A stretch of 62,559 nucleotides of DNA, counting the filler, from Globobulimina sp. (Eukaryota), in the NCBI GenBank assembly GCA_003354225.1. It is 13 parts of 13 records of this genome, joined end to end, with 100 filler letters (N's around TTAATTAATTAA, not from the genome) between each part and the next. Parts side by side here need not be neighbours in the genome. Positions count along the whole stretch, not along the records: positions 9,662 to 14,387 come from PIVH01000971.1; positions 14,488 to 19,211 come from PIVH01000972.1; positions 19,312 to 24,034 come from PIVH01000973.1; 10 more parts are not named here. One strand, 5' to 3'. The position numbers and the translations under genes are program-made. The notes below the pieces were generated by a model. It was given only the letters and a program-made list of their open reading frames with translations. It had not been told where the DNA came from and did no database searches. This document shows, piece by piece, positions 9,663-22,300 of this stretch; the stretch's first letter is position 1; each line of letters opens with the position of its first letter.

Positions 9663-11339
9663 TATTTTGGCCATACACTTAAATTAAATGGAATTGAAGC
9701 TTGCCAATTAAAAACAAATAATTTCACTCAATTATCTTGGACAGAAATATATTTTGATAAAAGATGCGCCATAAAATTACAAAACATGGATTGTGAAGAA
9801 AATCTGCTCAATTTTAAAGCTGATACGTACATTGAATCTCAATTTTCTGTGCAATTGGGATATATTGCAGATGATTTGAAACAAATATTGGATACAGATA
9901 CACAATGTAAATATGCAACCTCTCAGCAATTAAATATAAAAAAATTATTAATTAAGCACAGAAACGAAATTTTACAACATATCAGTGTTTCTGCATTAGT
10001 TTATAACAGAAACTGTCAGAATTGGGACGCATTTGTTTGGAGTGAGGTTAGCAAACAAGATATCTTGTACCTAATTGACAACATTGACAACGTTTCCATT
10101 GCGATTCAATCAAATATTATCAAAACAAAGTTAATTAAAGAACCGCATAAAGGTTACTTAGCTGCTAAACAACTGTTAAATTTATCAGATATTGGGCCAT
10201 TACACCATTTAATACAAGATTCATATGATTCGCCATACATTGCTGGGATATTGAAAAAAAGAGAAGAGAAAGGAGACGCATTGCTTGTTGCAAAAAAACG
10301 TTTTACTAACAAAGCATCGGAAAACATCACAAATACAAAAGAAGCAGACAAGAAACAAATGTATACAACCATACATTTAATAAAATCAATTGTAACAAAC
10401 TATTATGAATATGATGGTGCTCGTACGGGGCCGCCTATATTGCCAAATATATTTGGCGATTCTCAATCACATCAACAATTTTTAGATTTTCATGAAAACG
10501 CTCATCAGTCTTTCAAACCAAAAGCATCACTCACTCGCGAATTGGAAACCAATCCAAAGAATTATTTTTTATTAGGCATATTAACAAATTTTAATTATCA
10601 AATTGGCACTAAAATAGGTGCAAATGCGTATGATTTTGCGTGTGATTATGGAATGCATAGTGTTTCCGTAGAATGTTGGGGTAAAAACAATTACCATGGC
10701 GTGGACTCTCCGGCGCGTAAATATAAGAAAACAATCAAGAAAAAAAAGAATAAAATTCGAAAACATTCGCATGAATATTTAGCCAAAGATGGGAAATATA
10801 TTAAGCAGTTTACAGATGCAAAGGAGAGAGATTTATGGCGATCTATATGGAAGGTTTATAGTTGTGGTCGGCAACAAGAATATAAAAAAGTTGGTATTAG
10901 AGTGGCATATACAATTAAAGAATTATTGAGTGTTTGTCATAAATTTAAAACATTGCCTGTATATATTGCAACAATTCCTGGTGTTTTGGAGAAAGGATTA
11001 ATACATTTTAATCCAAACGTAACATTTAAATGCAAGCAAACAAAAAAATTAGTGAATGACGCAACAGTTAATATTCGCAATAAACTATTTATGAGTTATG
11101 ATTTCTCGACTTATTCATCGATATATCGATATTATAATAATCAATTAATTCAGTATCAATCATCAATTACGCAATCTCCCCAAGTACTCGATCATAGTCA
11201 AGCATGTCATTACTGCAATTATAAAGTAATAGAAATACGGAATTGTAAACTATGTGGAACAGCAGTTAACACTCACAAATTCCAAAATGTTTGGGTCTGT
11301 TTAAAATGTTTGGGTATGCATCCCATGGCATGTTTGTGA
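9663..11339 (+). CDS. Hypothetical protein, probably 5'-partial, with C-terminal Cys-rich Zn-finger-like motif
   Basis: Frame is open from contig start through ORF 9786-11339. The tail has CHYC..CKLC..H..CLKC. No family recognised. Confidence 0.6.
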   Translation, partial: YFGHTLKLNGIEACQLKTNNFTQLSWTEIYFDKRCAIKLQNMDCEENLLNFKADTYIESQFSVQLGYIADDLKQILDTDTQCKYATSQQLNIKKLLIKHRNEILQHISVSALVYNRNCQNWDAFVWSEVSKQDILYLIDNIDNVSIAIQSNIIKTKLIKEPHKGYLAAKQLLNLSDIGPLHHLIQDSYDSPYIAGILKKREEKGDALLVAKKRFTNKASENITNTKEADKKQMYTTIHLIKSIVTNYYEYDGARTGPPILPNIFGDSQSHQQFLDFHENAHQSFKPKASLTRELETNPKNYFLLGILTNFNYQIGTKIGANAYDFACDYGMHSVSVECWGKNNYHGVDSPARKYKKTIKKKKNKIRKHSHEYLAKDGKYIKQFTDAKERDLWRSIWKVYSCGRQQEYKKVGIRVAYTIKELLSVCHKFKTLPVYIATIPGVLEKGLIHFNPNVTFKCKQTKKLVNDATVNIRNKLFMSYDFSTYSSIYRYYNNQLIQYQSSITQSPQVLDHSQACHYCNYKVIEIRNCKLCGTAVNTHKFQNVWVCLKCLGMHPMACL

Positions 11340-11568
11340 TTTATTAATAATTTTATTGTATATTCAACACTCAAGATTTATATATTTACTTTCCTTGTGT
11401 GGTATTGTTAATGTTACAATATTTTATTTGCATTTGCAGGTCTTTCCGTGGGTCACTTGGGTGTAGGTTATGGATGTTATACTTTTGATTGTGCAAATTG
11501 TGTTTGTTTAGTATTTTTTTATACTTACTAGTACGCCTTTTTGTTTCATCACCATTAATTACTTTAAC

Positions 11569-14387
11569 ATGTCCTCCAGACACAAAAAGGTATCTTATTC
11601 GTGTACTGCATATAACATATGTTTGTATGTTGTGTAATAGCTTCGTGTAATCCATGTTCACTTTGGAGGTCAGGTGATCGAATTTGAAATGGAAAAAAAT
11701 CTGAATAAATGGGAAGGAAATAATAAAATGTGGAACAGATTCCTAAAATCTGTGAAATCAAAATTTAAATTAAAAACTTCATTTGCTATTTATGATCCAA
11801 ATGATGATATGTTTGTTGATGATATGGATGATCTTTGTGGCTGTTATATTGGTTACGAAGTTGATTATAATTTCATTCTATCCCTACACGTCAAAGTTAA
11901 GACAATTAAATCAAAAACACTTAAAATTAAAATAAATTTTAAATGTTTATAACTCAAACAAAAAAAGGCTGAAAAAGAGCCGCTGAAATCCACTGTAAAA
12001 ACCACCAAAAAGCCATTATTTAATATTCCATCATTATTAACCAAAGACATCGATGAAAATACATCGCCAAACAACGATTTAATTGAAAATATGTCAGAAT
12101 TACAATTAAAGCCTATGGCAGAAATCAAGGCTGAATTAGGAGTCTCGCGGAGAAAATCGCGTCGGTTATCGATCGATTTTGGATTATTCAATAACAATGA
12201 AACCAATTGTTATATAAATACAGTATGGTTAGAATTTGGAGCAGCGAGAATTAAAAAATGCGACCATTTAAATCGTTTAATATCTGGTTTGCGGTATTAC
12301 AGCAACTTAGAAATTGGCAGCAACGATATCGATAAGGATGAATTTAATAATTTCTTTGATGATATTTATTGTAATATGTTGGACGATTATTTGCATGTAA
12401 TAACGCAACATAGTAATGACTCAAAAGAGATTTATGATTATTTACAAAATAAATGCCATTTAAATATAAATTGTAATGTCCGCATTTGTCCGTTTATACA
12501 GCGACATTTCCAGCAGAAACATGACGATGATCCATGGATAAATTTCTATATTCAAACCTACGATTCGTTGCATTTTTGGTTATTTCATTTATTTGACATT
12601 GGACTGAGGTCTGTAAAGTTAAAAAAAGATATTTCAAACAATCAAAAAGAACATAAAAACGAAGAGGATGATTATGTTTGTTATGACACACAATTTGCGC
12701 AAATGATAAGTGCAATACGTACAAAAAAGAGGGACACGAATTTTTTAACGAGATATAATAAAATAAATAAATACGATTTGAATTTGAGTTTAACAGCAAA
12801 TGTAATCCAACATAAATCCATTGATTGCGAGAGATTGACATTTAAAGATTGTTTAATGTTTCATTTGCAAAAAACAATCAAACACAAGTCACAGTTACAG
12901 AAATTTAATATGTTTATAAACAAAGAAGGCTATGACAGTGACGCCATAATGCAAGACATTGATTATGGCCATGGTGCATTTAGTAATATTTGCAATGTCG
13001 TCAAAAATAAACAATGTTTACATCAAATCAAGCAATATATTAAAAATACAAAATGTATGTTTCTATAAAGTGTTTCTATGACTATGTACATTGCAAAAAA
13101 AACTAAGATGAATGCAAATAATGTAATGAAATGTAACCGGTTTTGTTTGGATTTTATCTAAATGTATACGCAAAATATGCAGTGTCATTGGTATCATCCA
13201 CTTTTAATATCGGATTGATATTTTATTATTGGCCATATTACAAGAAAGAGAAAGAGGACTTATACGTAGAGATGAAACATGATACATTTAAACAGGAAAT
13301 CCTCGCTTATGGATGCATCAATATTTGGCAATATAATAATTTAATTGTGTTAAAAGCCAAACAATACCAACAAACAAAGGTTGCCAAACAAATAACTATT
13401 AAATTTAATCCGCATTTACATTTTGATGTCGATTTAGGTGTATTAACACGCGAAAATTTCATTGCCTTAGTATTATATACAGATTTTGAACAGGTATCAA
13501 AAGAGTTTGTATCGACATTTAAACAAATTCGATTGAATGAGTCCTTACAAAGCATAAAAACACGTAATCAAAAATATTGGTGGCTGTCAAAGACGATCCG
13601 TGAAACCGTACAATATTTTGGGGATAATGGAAGTCCATCGGGTCAATATGTAAAAGGACCATTTTATACGCACATACCATCCATAATAAATATCTCAGAA
13701 TTCAATATTTCATTATGTTCACCAGTATCAACCTCAAAACAAATAGAAGTTATTACCCGGTTTAGTTTGAATATTAATAATAAGAACGGATTAATTATGC
13801 AATTGAACAATAACGGCGATTATCAAAGTGCACGCTATTTACGCTCATTTAATATTGGTTGGATCTCGAAATACAAAGAAGAGGAAGAAATATTATTCAT
13901 TGGCGGCGACCATAAGATTAGAATTGAAACTATAAAAATTATACAGACCAAACAGAATTTTAGCAAATATTTTGCTGCCTTATTTGTATTTGATTGTATG
14001 TGTAATGGATATGATATGGACGATCATAGTGAGCCTGACACAGAAGAAAGACCATTGTCACCGCAAAGAAAAGGTAGAGCTGCATCCACAAAGCCTGCAT
14101 CGTCGACATCCAAAAAGATGTTTTTCAGTTCACTAACAAAACAAAAATCATTTAAATCATCAGACAATGTGGCTGAAAGTAGAGAAAATGGTGAGAATAA
14201 AGAACAGGAAAAAAGTTTCAATTATGAAATTATTTGGGCTTTAATTGAGAATAAATTGGAAAATAAATGCATTCCAAAGAATTCAATCCCTTTATATATA
14301 ATTAATTCATTTAATGCATTTTGTCGCAATAAAAAAGTAATCACATTAAATTTATTTTATTTATTTAAAAATTTTAAACAATATATT
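11569..14387 (+). CDS. Multi-exon protein with C-terminal ADP-ribosyltransferase-like domain, 3'-partial; introns 11590-11640, ~11896-11967, 13055-13182
   Basis: GT..AG introns join ORFs 11674, 12091 and 13143 in frame. ART-like motifs: ALVLYTD, GPFY, PVSTSKQIEV (STS), ISKYKEEEEILF (ExE). The second intron acceptor is uncertain. Confidence 0.65.
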
Positions 14388-14487
14388 NNNNNNNNNNNNN
14401 NNNNNNNNNNNNNNNNNNNNNNNNNNNNNNNTTAATTAATTAANNNNNNNNNNNNNNNNNNNNNNNNNNNNNNNNNNNNNNNNNNNN

Positions 14488-17400
14488 AATGAATTCGATG
14501 ATACTGTCGATGATAAAAAAATCAGTGATGAATGTCTACACAAACTAATAAATACAATGCATGGAAATACAACAAACTTTATTCAACATTTAATCGAAGA
14601 AGCCGATGAAAACGAAATAACGCATATTTATGATATTTTGAAGGAAGAGAAATTAAAACAAAGCGATATTCAGCTCGCCGACGACGTAGACAATAAAGTC
14701 GAAGCAAACGAGGACAATCCATTCAATATTCTGTCATCAACATCTATTTGTAATATCTGTTCATATCTAAACACAAAAGATATAGAATCATTTAAAATGG
14801 TTTCTTATTTGATTGCGATTGAATGCTTACAAGAAATGCGAAAATACAGCATTGGCATATTTAATATGAATGAATTAATTCAACAAAAAGCATATAAAAA
14901 TTTATCATTATTTATGCAACAAAAAACCAATAAATTAATTAAACAAAATCGATACAGTGCAACCACTAAATTTGAAAATATTTTGGAACTATGGTCAAAA
15001 AGATACAATATAAAAACCAAAAATATGCTGTTATTATACCAGAACAAAGCTGATCAACACAGTGTGTTTCATGGATATAACCAACTGACCGCTCCTTCAT
15101 TTTTTTTACGAAATTTTATTGACTGCAGTCAAGTGGTTGATATCCCGTCATTTGACTCGTTTATTTATGACAACCGCAACCGACAATTCTTGTTATTCGA
15201 CAAATCGAAAATGAGCATCATTTATGATGCGCAAAAAATATACCAAGAGGAAAATAAAAACAGTGAGCCACCCAAAAAAACGGTGAGTTGCGCAGCCTGC
15301 ACTTATTTGAATTCGGCACAGTCGACACTCTGCGAAATATGCCAAACCCCAATCCCTCAAACCATCCAAATAAAGAAGGTATCACCATTTGGCGCCCAAT
15401 GTATCGCTTTATTGCATTATTTTGATTTCAAACGACAGCTTATTACATTTGTTGGATTTATTGTCATTCATCAACAATATTCGCCGAGTGAAATGGTGAT
15501 ATATCTTGAAAACAATGCTACTGTTTTATTGCAAGATTATTTTGAGTCTGATGACGAAAAAAATGAATTTATCGAACTGCGGGCAAAAATGAAGAAATTT
15601 AAAATTTGTGCAAACACTCTCATGTTATATTTTGGAACACATTCTAATGATAATTATATGGATAGGTCTGATCCGGACAAATCTCAAAATATGCAATGTT
15701 GGATTTTTTCGTTGAATGACACGCATTCTGTCGTTGTCAACGAGTATCTCAAAGATATCAGAGATTATTATCAGATTCAATTAAATGAACACTTTTACAT
15801 TGACGCAAAACCTTTAATGAAAGATATTTATAAAAACATCAAATATGGCTTAGATTGCACAGATTTGCGCTGTGATATTTACAGTCAAATTAATTATGAA
15901 TTTGAAGCCATTGTATTGACGGACGTTATGTTGGAATATATCTGTTCGTTTTTAATGAACGAAGATATAATTTCATTGAAAACAGTGTCAAAATCAGCAG
16001 CTTTGGTTTGTTTGCGAGAAATGCGAAAAATAAAAATAAATTCATTGCGCATGACTCAGATTGAAAATTTGCAAGAATTTCAAGATTTAATTTTATTCAA
16101 AAATGTAGCGTTTGATGAGGCTGTCCATTTTCGTCGCTGTCATCCGTCAATGACATTTGATACGTTATTAAGAATATGGTGCTCCGAATGTAGCATCTCA
16201 ATGGAAAATATGTTGTTGTTGGTGTCTCGGAAGAAATACAAACCATTAACGCAGTCAAGTTATGCTTACAAATCCAATATATATCGTCCTCGACATCAGC
16301 AAAAGAAGGAAAGATTGGCTTTGAAAGTGTTGGAGGTATTTGCCAAAGACATGGAAATGATGAACAAATATGTGTTCCTCACCTCTGCCATCTCGGCAAT
16401 GAAGAATTATACATTTTTGATTGCTGACAAAACAAAGTTGTTTAAGGTTGCAGTTGATGAAAAGAGTCAGAGTCCACAGAGTGAGCATGAGATTGCAGAC
16501 GAAATTGTAGCGTTTAATCAACAATTAAATGATTACAGGGTCGAAGCACAAATAGCTGCAATACAGAAATTGCAAACACTTTGCAAGTCCGTGGGAGCGG
16601 AGCGTACTTTAAGAGAATTGTTTGGATTATTGAATGAATATTGTTTCCCGACACCTGCTTCAGTGATAAAAAAGTACCATACAATACCGCCGAATAAACA
16701 TGTGATTAAAGAGATTGTTAAGACGGTGACGGTGGAATTTATTGAAAACTGCGGTTTGAAAGAGGGTGTCGGGGAATATATAGTACCGTTTTTGAAGAAA
16801 TTGAGTGATGAAACGTTTATCGACGAGCAAGATATTCGAACAGCAGCACAGAAAATGTTGTCGGAAATATGCGATAAATTTGCATTAATTGATTGCGAGA
16901 AAAAAGAAAAAGAAGAGGTAAAAATTGATATTGTGCATGATGTAAATGATAAAGAATTCGAACCGGAGGAAAATATGGATATTGCCGATGAGGACAATAT
17001 GAATAATTCAATTTCAAAATCAATGGAAAATAATGATGCGAGTCATGATGAAATTGCTAGTGATTATGATGACGAATCACGTTCATATGATTATGATGAT
17101 GATGCTATTGATGGTGGTGAAGGTGCCTTAGTATACCCTGATAACTCATCGTCGGGTGACAGCGAAGAAAAAAAGTCGACAATAGATGATGACGAAATAA
17201 TTGATATTAATACTACTATGCAACCGGATATCCTTCTAAATGAAGAAAAATGTCTGATTATATTATTGTATTATTTTGATTTAAAAAATGAGAAAATTGA
17301 ATTTTGTAAAACATTGATGATCACAGAAAATGATAATATAACCATTGGCAAGCTATATAATTATATTATGAATAATTTGCATGAATTACTTTGTTATGAC

Positions 17401-18672
17401 GACACAATCTATGATTTAGTTTACCAAATGCAACAATTTGATGTAACCCAAGAAATCTTTAAAATATATATCACTTCGTTTGTCAATAAAAATGCAATGC
17501 AATGTATTGATTATACTGATAAAGATATATTTATATTTAACAGTAATAAGCCGTTTCAAGTATTTGTATTTCAACTGAATGATGATCATAAATATTTAAA
17601 TTATTATTGTGATATAAATGAATTAATTTATGATGAATCGATACCGATTACGATGAATTATAGCAAGAACAGTACCGTCTCATTATCGCAATGTATTAAT
17701 TATTATCAAGATGACAACAAAATGAATATTGCTGAAAACGAAATTGATTCAGCAACAATTATTTCTCACGAAGTAACCCCCGGAACCTCGGCATTATTGA
17801 TTTGTAAAAAAATTGAGAAAGCGTTGCATTTTACCATACCGTTACAATGCATTGTTATATATAACGAGACCAAAAAATATAGAATAAAATGGAAACAAAA
17901 TATGACTGATCTAGAAATATTTCAATTTGATGCAGAACAGCAACAAATGGTTAGAGCAGCCGCACAGAGCAAAATAGCATGGAGCATCGCACCAATTCCG
18001 TTAGCAAATATCCATTCCGATGAGACACAGATTGAAATGTATTGTGTGCGAATATATGAGCCAAACATGGACAATATATTTGAAAAAGGATATGAATCAC
18101 AATTACCACACCAATCTACAAACTTATTCATTCCGTATAAAAAAAGGTTCACTGTTCATGAATTTATTGCTTATATCAAGGAAATATGTCATGGATTATA
18201 TGAGAATGAATGCCAACAATATTTAAAATATTTTGATCATGATCAATATTCGTTTGTTGTCAGTTTATCATCGAGTTCTAACATTGAAACTGTTGAGAAT
18301 TGTTTTGAAGGTAATAATATTATTGAATTTACAAAGTATAAAGAAAAGAAAATATCAGTATTTATTATCAATAACAACAAATATCGGGATGATGAGCAAT
18401 ATAACGCAATAATTAGGTTTACCGCATCCAATGATTATATTCCCGGCCGACCAGAAAGAATTTGGTTTGAAAAAAATGATAAAATAACAAATATTTTAGA
18501 TACATTCGGTTTATTTAATTCCAACGTATTTTATTTTTGCAATAAATCAAACAAAACATTTGGTTTAAATAAATATATGTTACAAAAAGACAAATCAATT
18601 TACGATACATTAATTAGTCCAAATAACGATAATATTCATCTCGTTTTGCTGATTTATGTCTTTTTTGCATAA
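14488..18672 (+). CDS. Large mosaic protein: F-box-like x2, RanBP2/NZF zinc finger, PP2A-A-like HEAT repeats, USP7-UBL-like x2; 5'-partial
   Basis: CAACTYLNSAQSTLCEIC (NZF). ILSSTSICNICSYL and LTDVMLEYICSFL (F-box-like). QIAAIQKLQTLCKSVGAERTLRELF (PP2A-A HEAT1-like). LLHYFDFK and LLYYFDLK (UBL-like). Confidence 0.7.
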   Translation, partial: NEFDDTVDDKKISDECLHKLINTMHGNTTNFIQHLIEEADENEITHIYDILKEEKLKQSDIQLADDVDNKVEANEDNPFNILSSTSICNICSYLNTKDIESFKMVSYLIAIECLQEMRKYSIGIFNMNELIQQKAYKNLSLFMQQKTNKLIKQNRYSATTKFENILELWSKRYNIKTKNMLLLYQNKADQHSVFHGYNQLTAPSFFLRNFIDCSQVVDIPSFDSFIYDNRNRQFLLFDKSKMSIIYDAQKIYQEENKNSEPPKKTVSCAACTYLNSAQSTLCEICQTPIPQTIQIKKVSPFGAQCIALLHYFDFKRQLITFVGFIVIHQQYSPSEMVIYLENNATVLLQDYFESDDEKNEFIELRAKMKKFKICANTLMLYFGTHSNDNYMDRSDPDKSQNMQCWIFSLNDTHSVVVNEYLKDIRDYYQIQLNEHFYIDAKPLMKDIYKNIKYGLDCTDLRCDIYSQINYEFEAIVLTDVMLEYICSFLMNEDIISLKTVSKSAALVCLREMRKIKINSLRMTQIENLQEFQDLILFKNVAFDEAVHFRRCHPSMTFDTLLRIWCSECSISMENMLLLVSRKKYKPLTQSSYAYKSNIYRPRHQQKKERLALKVLEVFAKDMEMMNKYVFLTSAISAMKNYTFLIADKTKLFKVAVDEKSQSPQSEHEIADEIVAFNQQLNDYRVEAQIAAIQKLQTLCKSVGAERTLRELFGLLNEYCFPTPASVIKKYHTIPPNKHVIKEIVKTVTVEFIENCGLKEGVGEYIVPFLKKLSDETFIDEQDIRTAAQKMLSEICDKFALIDCEKKEKEEVKIDIVHDVNDKEFEPEENMDIADEDNMNNSISKSMENNDASHDEIASDYDDESRSYDYDDDAIDGGEGALVYPDNSSSGDSEEKKSTIDDDEIIDINTTMQPDILLNEEKCLIILLYYFDLKNEKIEFCKTLMITENDNITIGKLYNYIMNNLHELLCYDDTIYDLVYQMQQFDVTQEIFKIYITSFVNKNAMQCIDYTDKDIFIFNSNKPFQVFVFQLNDDHKYLNYYCDINELIYDESIPITMNYSKNSTVSLSQCINYYQDDNKMNIAENEIDSATIISHEVTPGTSALLICKKIEKALHFTIPLQCIVIYNETKKYRIKWKQNMTDLEIFQFDAEQQQMVRAAAQSKIAWSIAPIPLANIHSDETQIEMYCVRIYEPNMDNIFEKGYESQLPHQSTNLFIPYKKRFTVHEFIAYIKEICHGLYENECQQYLKYFDHDQYSFVVSLSSSSNIETVENCFEGNNIIEFTKYKEKKISVFIINNNKYRDDEQYNAIIRFTASNDYIPGRPERIWFEKNDKITNILDTFGLFNSNVFYFCNKSNKTFGLNKYMLQKDKSIYDTLISPNNDNIHLVLLIYVFFA

Positions 18673-18944
18673 AGAAAATGTATAGAACTTTTTTTTTTGT
18701 TAATATAAATAATTTTATTCTCGCAATTGTAAATATTTTGTCTTTGTATTAAATGAATGATTTTGTCCTTGTATTAAAAGCTCCGACAACAAATAAATAA
18801 GTACAGAAACGTTGCTGATACACACTTGTGAAAAACAGCATATTTTGGAATTCTTATTTGAACAAAGTAAGCACCCAACACAAATATTAAAACACTTATA
18901 TTCCCCGAGATAGGCGGGATTTGAGAAGGTGGATTTTTATTTAT

Positions 18945-18964
18945 TGGTGGTGTTGAAAAACACC
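18945..18964 (-). promoter_or_regulatory. Histone mRNA 3' stem-loop
   Basis: GGTGTT-TTTC-AACACC-ACCA: 6-bp stem, 4-nt TTTC loop and ACCA tail, 43 nt after the H2A.X stop. Confidence 0.85.
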
Positions 18965-19007
18965 TGGTAAAAAATAAAAAATAAAATATGAATCGATGAA
19001 CTTTAGT

Positions 19008-19211
19008 TTAATATTCTTGTGAATCTGATAATTTTCCCTTCTTTTTTCCTTTTTTTGCTGGCAATAATGCGGCATTAATATTTGGTAAGACGCCGCCTGA
19101 GGCAATAATAGCATTTCCAAAGAATTGATTTAATTCATCATCATTGCGCACAGCCAACTGGATATGTCTTGGGATAATCCGCAATTTCTTATTGTCTTTG
19201 GCAGCATTGCC
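19008..19211 (-). CDS. H2AX: Histone H2A.X, C-terminal part (5'-partial; not in ORF track)
   Basis: Translation [67 protein letters not shown], with terminal SQEY. Confidence 0.95.
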   Translation of the reverse strand, partial: GNAAKDNKKLRIIPRHIQLAVRNDDELNQFFGNAIIASGGVLPNINAALLPAKKGKKKGKLSDSQEY

Positions 19212-19312
19212 NNNNNNNNNNNNNNNNNNNNNNNNNNNNNNNNNNNNNNNNNNNNTTAATTAATTAANNNNNNNNNNNNNNNNNNNNNNNNNNNNNNNNN
19301 NNNNNNNNNNNT

Positions 19313-22300
19313 GGACATACGCAAAATCGCAACCAATTAAATACGCAAAATCGCAACCAATTAAAAATTATAGAGCCACAATCGAATATACATAAAAAAG
19401 GCATATCGCCTTCAAAAAAAGAGAATGTTTCAAATAAAAGGCGACCCAGTAAACCGCCATTAAAATTATTTAAAAATAAACAATTTGAACGGGATTCAAA
19501 GAAAGATAACAATGGAGGCCGCGGCTTAAAAAGAAAAAGACAAATTGACACAACTTCCAATGGTGACATTACAATAAGAACTAAAGGGAAGATAAATAAT
19601 ATTGGGTCGGTACGAAAGAAAAAGAAAGGATTAGATGTTTATGCATATGATTCAGATACAAGTTCGTCGTCGTCGGCCGATATCCCAATCTCTGTTTTAA
19701 TTTGTAATTTAAATAAAGAAAAACAAAAAAATAATAATAATTTAGTTATAAATAGCAAACAATCAAAGAAATATAAGTGTACAGTATGCCAACGTTGTTT
19801 TTCGCTATCTTTCCTGACTGAAAATAGTGAAATTCAACACAAAGACAGTGAGTTAATTTGCGGAATATGTCGGCATAAAATCGCGGACAAAATAATAGTG
19901 CACAAACCCAAAGTAACTGACTCTGAAAACAAAAACCTTGAGTCTGAAAATGAAGAAACACCGAAACAAAAAGTGGCGGTGAAGTGTTATAAAGTGAATT
20001 GCACAAATTATATACAAACCAATTATAATCAAAATCAAATACAACATTGCAATGTAACGTGCATTACATGTAATATTGACTCAAATGGTGAGACTGTAAA
20101 TAAAATCAAATATGAATGGATTTGTCCACGCAATGACTGCAACGGAGGCCCTTGGCTTACATTAAGTGGATTTATTAAACATTTTAAACGATTGAAGGAT
20201 AATTATAACTGTATACAACATCAAAATAATAGCGATATCTACGATAAATTCCATATCAAACCGTGTAATGAAAATACCTGCAAAAACTATACAAAAACGG
20301 TTAAAAATTTAATTTTTAAATACAAAAATCTCAATAATGACGTGGGCGGATACTGTGCGGGGTGTTCATTAGTGAATCGCTCGAATAATATTAAAAACGG
20401 CACTGGAGAGCTGCAGAAATATAATTGCATCGATTACATTAACTTATTACGTACGAACGTTGCCGATAAGATACCCAGTCAAATATTAGATGACTATACA
20501 AATTTATTAGCATATTGGTACAAAATGATAGTAACTTCGAATGATAATCGCTTAATAGAATTATATGAAAAATTAATAAACTTAGCTCCGAAAATAATTT
20601 TGAATGAAAATAATCGCGGTGATGGTAAGAACGCGGAAAATAAAAAACAAAGTATACAATTTATGCAAAAAAAAATCAAAGCTTTTCGTGAATTAGATTT
20701 CGAGCAAATAATCAAATCGATTGCTTATACGGAGGGCGAGATGGAAAAAATAAAAAAAGCAACAGAAAAATCAAAAAATAAATTTAAATTATTGATTGGC
20801 GAAGAATTGGATATTAAAATAAACAAAATGCGGCAAAGACGAATTGCAAAATATGCCAAATTGAATGATTTAAGTAAAGCATACAAGCAAACTGAATATA
20901 AGCCGGCAATGGACATTACGGAACAAAAAAGGATAAAATGGCACAGTAAATTTATTAAAATGGCACAGTATACAAAGAAAATTGAATATATTAACGGTAG
21001 ATACAAATACATCAAAATCGACAAAGATATAGCAATTAAATTAATAAATAAGATGAAAAAAGGTAGTACGGGGGGCCCTGACCAACAGTCAGCTTTTCAC
21101 CATCAACAATTAATAAATGCCAACAACGAAGAATATATTAAATGGTTTTTAAAGTATTTAGAGAAGATTTGCAATAATGATTTGACCGATTTTCAAATAG
21201 TAAATATGATGACATCGAATGGGATACCAATCCCTAAAAAGGACCCATTGGATTTGCGGCCGTTAATATTAAATAAGATTGTGATTAGAATTGCAAATTC
21301 ATACTCAGTTTATTCGGAGATTGAAAGCTTAGCGACCGTACAGCTTAAGAACCAGTACTGTATGAACAAAAAGAACGCGTTGAGCATAATCGTACATTCT
21401 GTGGACAAATTTATAGATTTCGCAACGCATAAAAACAACCAATATTTTGGACAAAGAGATGTAGAGCGAATGCAGAATAATAATCAGATCAACAAAGTGC
21501 TACCAATCAATCCTGAAATAGAACAAAATAAAAAGAAACAAATAAGAAATTTATTAAAAAATAATAATTACACGTTTGGCGACGACGAGGATATCAATGA
21601 AGAGATTATTAACATGCTTTTTTGGGATAATTCGGACTTGGATAATATTAAGATTTTAATGAAAGACGATATGGCCAATTTCTTTAATCGTATATTACGT
21701 AAACCATCGCTCAAAAATTTGAATATCAGAGCGCCGAATCTGTATAATATCTCATATGTTAATTATTGTATGCCGACTAAAGTTATTTTTGACGGCGAAA
21801 TACACGAAATGTCCGACGGATTACATCAAGGGAACACAGTGACGAATATTATTGTTATTGTAAATGAGAGAGATATTATGGAATTAGTTGGTAAAATGGC
21901 ATCGGACTTAGATTATTTAATTGAATTATTGATCGAATTAAACTATATCGACGATACAAATAAAGGCGACACGATAAGAAAATGTATAATTAATCATTTA
22001 TTTAAGAAAAAAATTGGTATTAAATATGGAAATAAATTCAATAATAAAAAGACAGAAATTATTTTGACACATTATAGGGACAAATTAAACAAAGAAACAA
22101 ATCAATATTTTTGCAATTTTAAGTTTAAGATTTTAGAGAATTCGGAGTTTGAAATGTTGGGTATACAACGTGGCAAAGGTAAATATAATAAAATGATGAG
22201 TAAGAAATTGAATAAAATGAACACAAAAATTGATATTATTAACTCCGTCGATAGCTATTGGTATAAATATAAATTATTAAATTCCTGCGAAAAATTCGAA

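Noticed and set aside
11950-11952. In-frame TAA suggesting stop-codon reassignment
   Set aside because: It lies in an AT-rich GT..AG segment removable as an intron, and TAA, TAG and TGA all end conserved genes elsewhere in the window.
19008-19400. Retrotransposon apparently next to, or targeting, histone H2A.X
   Set aside because: A linker separates them, so they are on different contigs.
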